Assembly: GCF_009914755.1 (NCBI RefSeq)
Contig: NC_060925.1
Length of the DNA stretch: 64,000 nt
Reading direction: 5' to 3' (one strand)
Source: the human T2T-CHM13v2.0 reference genome, Homo sapiens
Positions within the stretch are counted from its first letter, which is position 1, and each line of letters starts with the position of its first letter. The notes under the pieces are model-generated. The model did not search any database. It worked only from the letters and a program-made list of their open reading frames with translations, and was not told where the DNA came from. This document shows positions 42,401-56,000 of the stretch, piece after piece. Position numbers and translations under genes: made by a program.

Positions 42401-44830
42401 ATGGAATAATCTAATGGAATTGAATGGAATAATCCACGGACTCGAATGCAATCATCATCGTATAGAATCGAATGGAATCATCGAATGGACTCGAATGGAA
42501 TAATCATTGAACGGAATCGAATGGAATCATCATCGGATGGAAACGAATGGAATCATCATCGAATGGAAATGAAAGGAGTCATCATCTAATGGAATTGCAT
42601 GGAATCATCATCAAATGGAATCGAATGGAATCAACAGCAAATGGAATCAAATGGAATCATTGAACGGAATTGAATGGAATCGTCATCCAATGAATGAATG
42701 CAATCATCGAATGGTCTCGAATGCAATCATCTTCAAATGGAATGGAATGGAATCATCGCATAGAATCGAATGGAATTATCATCGAATGGAATCGAATGGT
42801 ATCAACATCAAACGGAAAAAAACGGAATTATCGAATGGAATCGAATAGAATCATGGAATGGACCCGAATGGAATCATCTAATGGAATGGAATGGAATAAT
42901 CCACGGACTCGAATGCAATCATCGTCGAATGGAATCGAATGGAATCATCGAATGGACTCGAATGGAATAATCATTGAACAGAATCGAATGGAATCATCAT
43001 CGGATGGAAACGAATGGAATCATCATCGAATGGAAATGAAAGGAGTCATCATCTAATGGAATTGCATGGAATCATCATCAAATGGAATCGAATGGAATCA
43101 ACATCAAATGGAATCAAATGGAATCATTGAACGGAATTGAATGGAATCGTCATCGAATGAATTGAATGCAATCATCGAATGGTCTCGAGTGGAATCATCT
43201 TCAAATGGAATGGAATGGAATCATCGCATAGAATCGAATGGAATTATCATCGAATGGAATCGAATGGTATCAACATCAAACGGAAAAAAACGGAATTATC
43301 GAATGGAATCGAAGAGAATCTTCGAACGGACCCGAATGGAATCATCTAATGGAATGGAATGGAATAATCCATGGACTGGAAGGCAATCATCATTGAACGG
43401 AATCGAAAGGAATCATCATCGGATGGAAACGAATGGAATCATCATCGAATGGAAATGAAAGGAGTCATCATCTAATGGAATTGCATCGAATCATCATAAA
43501 ATGGAATCGAATGGAATCAACATCAAATGGAATCAAATGGAATCATTGAACGGAATTGAATGGAATCGTCATCGAATGAATTGAATGCAATCATCGAATG
43601 GTCTCGAATGGAATCATCTTCAAATGGAATGGAATGGAATCATCGCATAGAATCGAATGGAATTATCATCGAATGGAATCGAATGGAATCAACATCAAAC
43701 GGAAAAAAACGGAATTATCGAATGGAATCGAATAGAATCATCGAATGGACCCGAATGGAATCATCTAATGGAATGGAATGGAATAATCCGTGGACTCGAA
43801 TGCAATCATCATCGAATATAATCGAATGGAATCATCCAATGGACTCGAATGGAATAATCATTGAACGGAATCGAATGGAATCATCATCGGATGGAAATGA
43901 ATGGAATCATCATCGAATGGAATCGAATAGAATTATGGAATGAAATCCAGTGTGATCATCATCGAATGGACCCGAATGGAATCATCATCCAACGAATGCT
44001 AATGGAATCAACATCAAATGAATCAAATGGAAACACCATCGAATTGAAACGAATGGAATTACCATGAAATTGAAATGGATGGACTCATCATCGAATGGAT
44101 TCGAATGGAATCATCGAATAAAATTGATTGAAATCATCATCGAATGGAATCGAATGGATTCATTGAATGGAATCAGATGGAATCATCGAATGGACTGGAA
44201 TGGAATCATTGAATGGACACGAAAGAGATCATGATTGAATGGAATTGAATGGAATCATCGAATGGTGTCGATTGGAATCATTATCAAATGGAATCGAATG
44301 GAATCACCGAATAGAATCGAATGGAACAATCATCGAATGGACTCAAATGGAATTATCCTCAAATGGAATGGAATGGAATTATCGAATGCAATCGAATGGA
44401 ATTATCGAATGCAATCGAATAGAATCATTGAATGGACTCGAATGGAATAATCATTGAACGGAATCGAATGGAATCATCATCGGATGGAAACGAATGGAAT
44501 CATCATCGAATGGAAATGAAAGGAGTCATCATCTAATGGAATTGCATGGAATCATCATAAAATGGAATCGAATGGAATCAACATCAAATGGAATCAAATG
44601 GAATCATTGAACGGAATTGAATGGAATCGTCATCGAATGAATTGAATGCAATCATCGAATGGTCTCGAATGGAATCATCTTCAAATGGAATGGAATGGAA
44701 TCATCGCATAGAATCGAATGGAATTATCATCGAATGGAATCGAATGGAATCAACATCAAACGGAAAAAAACGGAATTATCGAATGGAATCGAAGAGAATC
44801 ATCGAATGGACCCGAATGGAATCATCTAAT
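27900..44830 (+). repeat. 5,638-bp tandem triplication
   Basis: Offsets of 5638 for 28175/33813/39451, 29273/34911/40549, 30930/36568/42206, 32963/38601/44239, 33345/38983/44621. EcoRI sites at 30770, 36408, 42046. Confidence 0.92.
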
Positions 44831-45816
44831 GGAATGGAATGGAATAATCCATGGACTCGAATGCAATCATCATCGAATGGAATCGAATGGAATCATCGAA
44901 TGGACCCGAATGGAATAATCATTGAATGGAATCGAATGGAATCATCATCGGATGGAAATGAAAGGAGTCATCATCTAATGGAATTGCATGGAATCATCAT
45001 AAAATGGAATCGAATGGAATCAACATCAAATGGAATCAAATGGAATCATTGAACGGAATTGAATGGAATCGTGATCGAATGAATTGAATGCAATCATCGA
45101 ATGGTCTCGAATGGAATCATCTTCAAATGGAATGGAATGGAATCATCGCATAGAATCGAATGGAATTATCATCGAATGGAATCGAATGGAATCAACATCA
45201 AACGGAAAAAAACGGAATTATCGAATGGAATCGAAGAGAATCATCGAATGGACCCGAATGGAATCATCTAATGAAACGGAATGGAATAATCCATGGACTC
45301 GAATGCAATCATCATCGAATGGAATCGAATGGAATCATCGAATGGACTCGAATGGAATAATCATTGAACGGAATCGAATGGAATCATCATCGGATGGAAA
45401 TGAATGGAATCATCATCGAATGGAATCGAATAGAATTATGGAATGAAATCCAGTGTGATCATCATCGAATGGACCCGAATGGAATCATCATCCAACGGAA
45501 GCTAATGGAATCAACATCGAATGAATCAAATGGAAACACCATCGAATTGAAACGAATGGAATTACCATGAAATTGAAATGGATGGACTCATCATCGAATG
45601 GATTCGAATGGAATCATCGAATAAAATTGATTGAAATCATCATCGAATGGAATCGAATGGTATCATTGAATGGAATCGAATGGAATCATCATCAGATGGA
45701 AATGAATGGAATCGTCATAGAATGGAATCGAATGGATTCATTGAATGGAATCAGATGGAATCATCGAATGGACTGGAATGGAATCATTGAATGGACTCGA
45801 AAGGGATCATGATTGA

Positions 45817-48800
45817 ATGGAATTGAATGGAATCATCGAATGGTCTCGATTGGAATCATTATCAAATGGAATCGAATGGAATCACCGAATAGAATCGAAT
45901 GGAACAATCATCGAATGGACTCAAATGGAATTATCCTCAAATGGAATCGAATGGAATTATCAAATGCAATCGAATGGAATTATCGAATGCAATCGAATAG
46001 AATCATCGAATGGACTCGAATGGAATCATCGAATGGAATGGAATGGAACAGTCAATGAACTCGAATGGAATCATCATTGAATGGAATCGAATGGAATCAT
46101 CGAGTGGAATCGAATGGAATTATGATCAAATGGAATCGAATGTAATCATCATCAAATGGAATCAAAAATAACCATCATCAATTGGTATTGAATGGAATTG
46201 TCATCAAATGCAATTCAAAGGAATCATCATCAAATGGAACCGAATGGAATCCTCATTGAATGGAAATGAAAGGGGTCATCATCTAATGGAATCGCATGGA
46301 ATCATCATCAAATGGAATCGAATGGAATCATCATCAAATGGAATCTAATGGAATCATTGAACAGAATTGAATGGAATCGTCATCGAATGAATTGAATGCA
46401 ATCATCGAATGGTCTCGAATGGAATCATCTTCTAATGGAAAGGAATGGAATCATCGCATAGAATCGAATGGAATTATCATCGAATGGAATCGAATGGGAT
46501 CAACACCAAACGGAAAAAAACGGAATTATCGAATGGAATCGAAGAGAATCTTCGAACGGACCCGAATGAAATCATCTAATGGAATGGAATGGAATAATCC
46601 ATGGACTCGAATGCAATCATCATCGAATGGAATCAAATGGAATCATCGAATGGACTCGAATGGAATAATCATTGAACGGAATCGAATGGAATCATCATCG
46701 GATGGAAACGAATGGAATCATCATCGAATGGAAATGAAAGGAGTCATCATCTAATGGAATTGCAAGGAATCATCATAAAATGGATTCGAATGGAATCAAC
46801 ATCAAATGGAATCAAATGGAATCATTGAACGGAATTGAATGGAATCGTCATCGAATGAATTGAATGCAATCATCGAATGGTCTCGAAGGGAATCATCTTC
46901 AAATGGAATGGAATGGAATCATCGCATAGAATCGAATGGAATTATCATCGAATGGAATCGAATGGAATCAACATCAAACGGAAAAAAACGGAATTATCGA
47001 ATGGAATCGAAGAGAATCATCGAATGGACCCGAATGGAATCATCTAATGGAATGGAATGGAATAATCCATGGACTCGAATGCAATCATCGTCAAATGGAA
47101 TCGAATGGAATCATCGAATGGATTCGAATGGAATAATCATTGAACGGAATCGAATGGAATCATCATCGGATGGAAATGAATGGAATCATCATCGAATGGA
47201 ATCGAATAGAATTATGGAATGAAATCCAGTGTGATCATCATCGAATGGACCCGAATGGAATCATCATCCAACGGAAGCTAATGGAATCAACATCGAATGA
47301 ATCAAATGGAAACACCATCGAATTGAAACGAATGGAATTACCATGAAATTGAAATGGATGGACTCATCATCGAATGGATTCGAATGGAATCATCGAATAA
47401 AATTGATTCAAATCATCATCGAATGGAATCGAATGGTATCATTGAATGGAATCGAATGGAATCATCATCAGATGGAAATGAATGGAATCGTCATAGAATG
47501 GAATCGAATGGATTCATTGAATGGAATCAGAATGAATCATCGAATGGACTGGAATGGAATCATTGAATGGACTCGAAAGGGATCATGATTGAATGGAATT
47601 GAATGGAATCATCGAATGGTCTCGATTGGAATCATTATCAAATGGAATCGAATGGAATCACCGAATAGAATCGAATGGAACAATCATCGAATGGACTCAA
47701 ATGGAATTATCCTCAAATGGAATCGAATGGAATTATCGAATGCAATCGAATGGAATTATAAAATGCAATCGAATAGAATCATCGAATGGACTCGAATGGA
47801 ATCATCGAATGGAATGGAATGGAACAGTCAATGAACTCGAATGGAATCATCATTGAATGGAATCGAATGGAATCATCGAGTGGAATCGAATGGAATTATG
47901 ATCAAATGGAATCGAATGTAATCATCATCAAATGGAATCAAAAATAACCATCATCAATTGGTATTGAATGGAATTGTCATCAAATGGAATTCAAAGGAAT
48001 CATCATCAAATGGAACCGAATGGAATCCTCATTGAATGGAAATGAAAGGGGTCATCATCTAATGGAATCGCATGGAATCATCATCAAATGGAATCGAATG
48101 GAATCATCATCAAATGGAATCTGATGGAATCATTGAACAGAATTGAATGGAATCGTCATCGAATGAACTGAATGCAATCATCGAATGGTCTCGAATGGAA
48201 TCATCTTCTAATGGAAAGGAATGGAATCATCGCATAGAATCGAATGGAATTATCATCGAATGGAATCGAATGGTATCAACACCAAACGGAAAAAAACGGA
48301 ATTATCGAATGGAATCGAAGAGAATCTTCGAACGGACCCGAATGGAATCATCTAATGGAATGGAATGGAATAATCCATGGACTCGAATGCAATCATCATC
48401 GAATGGAATCGAATGGAATCATCGAATGGACTCGAATGGAATAATCATTGAACGGAATCGAATGGAATCATCATCGGATGGAAATGAATGGAATCATCAT
48501 CGAATGGAATCGAATAGAATTATGGAATGAAATCCAGTGTGATCATCATCGAATGGACCCGAATGGAATCATCATCCAACGGAAGCTAATGGAATCAACA
48601 TCGAATGAATCAAATGGAAACACCATCGAATTGAAACGAATGGAATTACCATGAAATTGAAATGGATGGACTCATCATCGAATGGATTCGAATGGAATCA
48701 TCGAATAAAATTGATTGAAATCATCATCGAATGGAATCGAATGGTATCATTGAATGGAATCAAATGGAATCATCATCAGATGGAAATGAATGGAATCGTC

Positions 48801-51800
48801 ATAGAATGGAATCGAATGGATTCATTGAATGGAATCAGATGGAATCATCGAATGGACTGGAATGGAATCATTGAATGGACTCGAAAGGGATTATTATTGA
48901 ATGGAATTGAATGGAATCATCGAATGGTCTCGATTGGAATCATTTTCAAATGGAATCGAATGGAATCACCGAATAGAATCGAATGGAACAATCATCGAAT
49001 GGACTCAAATGGAATTATCCTCAAATGGAATCGAATGGAATTATCGAATGAAATCGAATGGAATTATCGAATGCAATCGAATAGAATCATCGAATGGACT
49101 CGAATGGAATCATCGAATGGAATGGAATGGAACAGTCAATGAACTCGAATGGAATCATCATTGAATGGAATCGAATGGAATCATCGAGTGGAATCGAACG
49201 GAATTATGATCAAATGGAATCGAATGTAATCATCATCAAATGGAATCAAAAATAACCATCATCAATTGGTATTGAATGGAATTGTCATCAAATGGAATTC
49301 AAAGGAATCATCATCAAATGGAACCGAATGGAATCCTCATTGAATGGAAATGAAAGGGGTCATCATCTAATGGAATCGCATGGAATCATCATCAAATGGA
49401 ATCGAATGGAATCATCATCAAATGGAATCTAATGGAATCATTGAACAGAATTGAATGGAATCGTCATCGAATGAATTGAATGCAGTCATCGAATGGTCTC
49501 GAATGGAATCATCTTCTAATGGAAAGGAATGGAATCATCGCATAGAATCGAATGGAATTATCATCGAATGGAATCGAATGGTATCAACACCAAACGGAAA
49601 AAAACGGAATTATCGAATGGAATCGAAGAGAATCTTCGAACGGACCCGAATGGAATCATCTAATGGAATGGAATGGAATAATCCATGGACTCGAATGCAA
49701 TCATCATCGAATGGAATGGAATGGAATCATCGAATGGACTCGAATGGAATAATCATTGAACGGAATCGAATGGAATCATCATCGGATGGAAACGAATGGA
49801 ATCATCATCGAATGGAAATGAAAGGAGTCATCATCTAATGGAATTGCATGGAATCATCATAAAATGGAATCGAATGGAATCAACATCAAATGGAATCAAA
49901 TGTAATCATTGAACGGAATTGAATGGAATCGTCATCGAATGAATTGAATGCAATCATCGAATGGTCTCGAATGGAATCATCTTCAAATGGAATGGAATGG
50001 AATCATCGCATAGAATCGAATGGAATTATCATCGAATGGAATCGAATGGAATCAACATCAATCGGAAAAAAACGGAATTATCGAATGGAATCGAAGAGAA
50101 TCATCGAATGGACCCGAATGGAATCATCTAATGGTATGGAATGGAATAATCCATGGACTCGAATGCAATCATCATCAAATGGAATCGAATGGAATCATCG
50201 AATGGATTCGAATGGAATAATCATTGAACGGAATCGAATGGAATCATCATCGGATGGTAATGAATGGAATCATCATCGAATGGAATCGAATAGAATTATG
50301 GAATGAAATCCAGTGTGATCATCATCGAATGGACCCGAATGGAATCATCATCCAACGGAAGCTAATGGAATCAACATCGAATGAATCAAATGGAAACACC
50401 ATCGAATTGAAACGAATGGAATTACCATGAAATTGAAATGGATGGACTCATCATCGAATGGATTCGAATGGAATCATCGAATAAAATTGATTGAAATCAT
50501 CATCGAATGGAATCGAATGGTATCATTGAATGGAATCGAATGGAATCATCATCAGATGGAAATGAATGGAATCGTCATAGAATGGAATCGAATGGATTCA
50601 TTGAATGGAATCAGAACGAATCATAGAATGGACTGGAATGGAATCATTGAATGGACTCGAAAGGGATCATGATTGAATGGAATTGAATGGAATCATCGAA
50701 TGGTCTCGATTGGAATCATTATCAAATGGAATCGAATGGAATCACCGAATAGAATCGAATGGAACAATCATCGAATGGACTCAAATGGAATTATCCTCAA
50801 ATGGAATCGAATGGAATTATCGAATGCAATCGAATGGAATTATCGAATGCAATCGAATAGAATCATCGAAAGGACTCGAATGGAATCAGCGAATGGAATG
50901 GAATGGAACAGTCAATGAACTCGAATGGAATCATCATTGAATGGAATCGAATGGAATCATCGGGTGGAATCGAATGGAATTATGAACAAATGGAATCGAA
51001 TGTAATCATCATCAAATGGAATCAAAAATAACCATCATCAATTGGTATTGAATGGAATTGTCATCAAATGGAATTCAAAGGAATCATCATCAAATGGAAC
51101 CGAATGGAATCCTCATTGAATGGAAATGAAAGGGGTCATCATCTAATGGAATCGCATGGAATCATCATCAAATGGAATCGAATGGAATCATCATCAAATG
51201 GAATCTAATGGAATCATTGAAAAGAATTGAATGGAATCGTCATCGAATGAATTGAATGAAATCATCGAATGGTCTCGAATGGAATCATCTTCTAATGGGA
51301 AGGAATGGAATCATCGCATAGAATCGAATGGAATTATCATCGAATGGAATCGAATGGTATCAACACCAAACGGAAAAAAACGGAATTATCGAATGGAATC
51401 GAAGAGAATCTTCGAACGGACCCGAATGGAATCATCTAATGGAATGGAATGGAATAATCCATGGACTCGAATGCAATCATCATCGAATGGAATCGAATGG
51501 AATCATCGAATGGACTCGAATGGAATAATCATTGAACGGAATCGAATGGAATCATCATCGGATGGAAACGAATGGAATCATCATCGAATGGAAATGAAAG
51601 GAGTCATCATCTAATGGAATTGCATGGAATCATCATAAAATGGAATCGAATGGAATCAACATCAAATGGAATCAAATGGAATCATTGAACGGAATTGAAT
51701 GGAATCGTCATCGAATGAATTGACTGCAATCATCGAATGGTCTCGAATGGAATCATCTTCAAATGGAATGGAATGGAATCATCGCATAGAATCGAATGGA

Positions 51801-53000
51801 ATTATCATCGAATGGAATCGAATGGAATCAACATCAAACGGAAAAAAACGGAATTATCGAATGGAATCGAAGAGAATCATCGAATGGACCCGAATGGAAT
51901 CATCTAATGGAATGGAATGGAATAATCCATGGACTCGAATGCAATCATCATCGAATGGAATCGAATGGAATCATCGAATGGACTCGAATGGAGTAATCAT
52001 TGAACGGAATCGAATGGAATCATCATCGGATGGAAATGAATGGAATCATCATCGAATGGAATCGAATAGAATTATGGAATGAAATCCAGTGTGATCATCA
52101 TCGAATGGACCCGAATGGAATCATCATCCACCGGAAGCTAATGGAATCAACATCGAATGAATCGAATGGAAACACCATCGAATTGAAACGAATGGAATTA
52201 TCATGAAATTGAAATGGATGGACTCATCATCGAATGGATTCGAATGGAATCATCGAATAAAATTGATTGAAATCATCATCCAATGGAATCGAATGGTATC
52301 ATTGAATGGAATCGAATGGAATCATCATCAGATGGAAATGAATGGAATCGTCATAGAATGGAATCGAATGGATTCATTGAATGGAATCAGATGGAATCAT
52401 CGAATGGACTGGAATGGAATCATTGAATGGACCCGAATGGGATCATGATTGAATGGAATTGAATGGAATCATCGAATGGTCTCGATTGGAATCATTATCA
52501 AATGGAATCGAATGGAATCACCGAATAGAATCGAATGGAACAATCATCGAATGGACTCAAATGGAATTATCCTCAAATGGAATCGAATGGAATTATCGAA
52601 TGCAATCGAATGGAATTATCGAATGCAATCGAATAGAATCATCGAAAGGACTCGAATGGAATCAGCGAATGGAATGGAATGGAACAGTCAATGAACTCGA
52701 ATGGAATCATCATTGAATGGAATCGAATGGAATCATCGAGTGGAATCGAATGGAATTATGATCAAATGGAATCGAATGTAATCATCATCAAATGGAATCA
52801 AAAATAACCATCATCAATTGGTATTGAATGGAATTGTCATCAAATGGAATTCAAAGGAATCATCATCAAATGGAACCGAATGGAATCCTCATTGAATGGA
52901 AATGAAAGGGGTCATCATCTAATGGAATCGCATGGAATCATCATCAAATGGAATCGAATGCAATCATCATCAAATGGAATCTAATGGAATCATTGAACAG
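45817..53000 (+). repeat. Long-range paralogue of ~15.5-24.0 kb (offset 30,297 then 28,990 bp)
   Basis: Same order of private variants: GGGATCAACACC, TTGCAAGG, TTGATTCAAA, CAGAATGAATC, GGATTATTATTG, CATTTTCAAA, TGCAGTCATC, TCAATCGG, GGATGGTAATG, CAGAACGAATC, CTAATGGGAAGG, then GGAGTAATC, CCACCGG, ATCAGCG. Confidence 0.88.
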
Positions 53001-56000
53001 AATTGAATGGAATCGTCATCGAATGAATTGAATGCAATCATCGAATGGTCTCGAATGGAATCATCTTCTAATGGAAAGGAATGGAATCATCGCATAGAAT
53101 CGAATGGAATTATCATCGAATGGAATCGAATGGTATCAACACCAAACGGAAAAAAACGGAATTATCGAATGGAATCGAAGAGAATCTTCGAACGGACCCG
53201 AATGGAATCATCTAATGGAATGGAATGGAATAATCCATGGACTCGAATGCAATCATCATCGAATGGAATGGAATGGAATCATCGAATGGACTCGAATGGA
53301 ATAATCATTGAACGGAATCGAATGGAATCATCATCAGATGGAAATGAATGGAATCATCATCGAATGGAATCGAATACAATTACGGAATGAAATCCAGTGT
53401 GATCATCATCGAATGGACCCAAATGGAATCATCATCCAACGGAATCTAATGGAATCAACATCGAATGAATCGAATGGAAACACCATCGAATTGAAACGAA
53501 TGGAATTATCATGAAATTGAAATGGATGGACTCATCATCGAATGGATTCGAATGGAATCATCGAATAAAATTGATTGAAATCATCATCCAATGGAATCGA
53601 ATGGTATCATTGAATGGAATCGAATGGAATCATCATCAGATGGAAATGAATGGAATCGTCATAGAATGGAATCGAATGGATTCATTGAATGGAATCAGAT
53701 GGAATCATCGAATGGACTGGAATGGAATCATTGAATGGACTCGAAAGGGATCATAATTGAATGGAATTGAATGGAATCATCGAATGGTCTCGATTGGAAT
53801 CATTACCAAATGGAAACGAATGGAATCACCGAATAGAATCGAATGGAACAATCATCGAATGGACTCAAATGGAATCATCCTCAAATGGAATGGAATGGAA
53901 TTATCGAATGCAATCGAATAGAATCATCGAATGGACTCGAATGGAATCATCGAATGGAATGGAATGGAACAGTCAATGAACTCGAATGGAATCATCATTG
54001 AATGGAATCGAATGGAATCATCGAGTGGAATCGAATGGAATTATGATCAAATGGAATCTAATGTAATAATCATCAAATGGAATCAAAAATAACCATCATC
54101 AATTGGTATTGAATGGAATTGTCATCAAATGGAATTCAAAGGAATCATCATCAAATGGAACCGAATGGAATCCTCATTGAATGGAAATGAAAGGGGTCAT
54201 CATCTAATGGAATCGCATGGAATCATCATCAAATGGAATCGAATGGAATCATCATCAAATGGAATCTGATGGAATCATTGAACGGAATTGAATGGAATCG
54301 TCATCGAATGAATTGAATGCAATCATCGAATGGTCTCGAATGGAATCATCTTCTAATGGAAAGGAATGGAATCATCGCATAGAATCGAATGGAATTAACA
54401 TTGAATGGACTCGAATGGAATCAACATCAAACGGAATCAAGCGGAATTATCGAATGGAATCGAAGAGAATCATCGAATGGACTCGAATGGAATAATCTAA
54501 TGGAATTGAATGGAATAATCCACGGACTCGAATGCAATCATCATCGTATAGAATCGAATGGAATCATCGAATGGACTCGAATGGAATAATCATTGAACGG
54601 AATCGAATGGAATCATCATCGGATGGAAACGAATGGAATCATCATCGAATGGAAATGAAAGGAGTCATCATCTAATGGAATTGAATGGAATCATCATCAA
54701 ATGGAATCGAATGGAATCAACAGCAAATGGAATCAAATGGAATCATTGAACGGAATTGAATGGAATCGTCATCCAATGAATGAATGCAATCATCGAATGG
54801 TCTCGAATGCAATCATCTTCAAATGGAATGGAATGGAATCATCGCATAGAATCGAATGGAATTATCATCGAATGGAATCGAATGGTATCAACATCAAACG
54901 GAAAAAAACGGAATTATCGAATGGAATCGAATAGAATCATCGAATGGACCCGAATGGAATCATCGAATGGAATGGAATGGAATAATCCATGGACTCGAAT
55001 GCAATCATCGTCGAATGGAATCGAATGGAATCATCGAATGGACTCGAATGGAATAATCATTGAACAGAATCGAATGGAATCATCATCGGATGGAAACGAA
55101 TGGAATCATCATCGAATGGAAATGAAAGGAGTCATCATCTAATGGAATTGCATGGAATCATCATCAAATGGAATCGAATGGAATCAACATCAAATGGAAT
55201 CAAATGGAATCATTGAACGGAATTGAATGGAATCGTCATCGAATGAATTGAATGCAATCATCGAATGGTCTCGAGTGGAATCATCTTCAAATGGAATGGA
55301 ATGGAATCATCGCATAGAATCGAATGGAATTATCATCGAATGGAATCGAATGGTATCAACATCAAACGGAAAAAAACGGAATTATCGAATGGAATCGAAG
55401 AGAATCTTCGAACGGACCCGAATGGAATCATCTAATGGAATGGAATGGAATAATCCATGGACTGGAAGGCAATCATCATTGAACGGAATCGAAAGGAATC
55501 ATCATCGGATGGAAACGAATGGAATCATCATCGAATGGAAATGAAAGGAGTCATCATCTAATGGAATTGCATGGAATCATCATAAAATGGAATCGAATGG
55601 AATCAACATCAAATGGAATCAAATGGAATCATTGAACGGAATTGAATGGAATCGTCATCGAATGAATTGAATGCAATCATCGAATGGTCTCGAATGGAAT
55701 CATCTTCAAATGGAATGGAATGGAATCATCGCATAGAATCGAATGGAATTATCATCGAATGGAATCGAATGGAATCAACATCAAACGGAAAAAAACGGAA
55801 TTATCGAATGGAATCGAATAGAATCATCGAATGGACCCGAATGGAATCATCTAATGGAATGGAATGGAATAATCCGTGGACTCGAATGCAATCATCATCG
55901 AATGGAATCGAATGGAATCATCCAATGGACTTGAATGGAATAATCATTGAACGGAATCGAATGGAATCATCATCGGATGGAAATGAATGGAATCATCATC

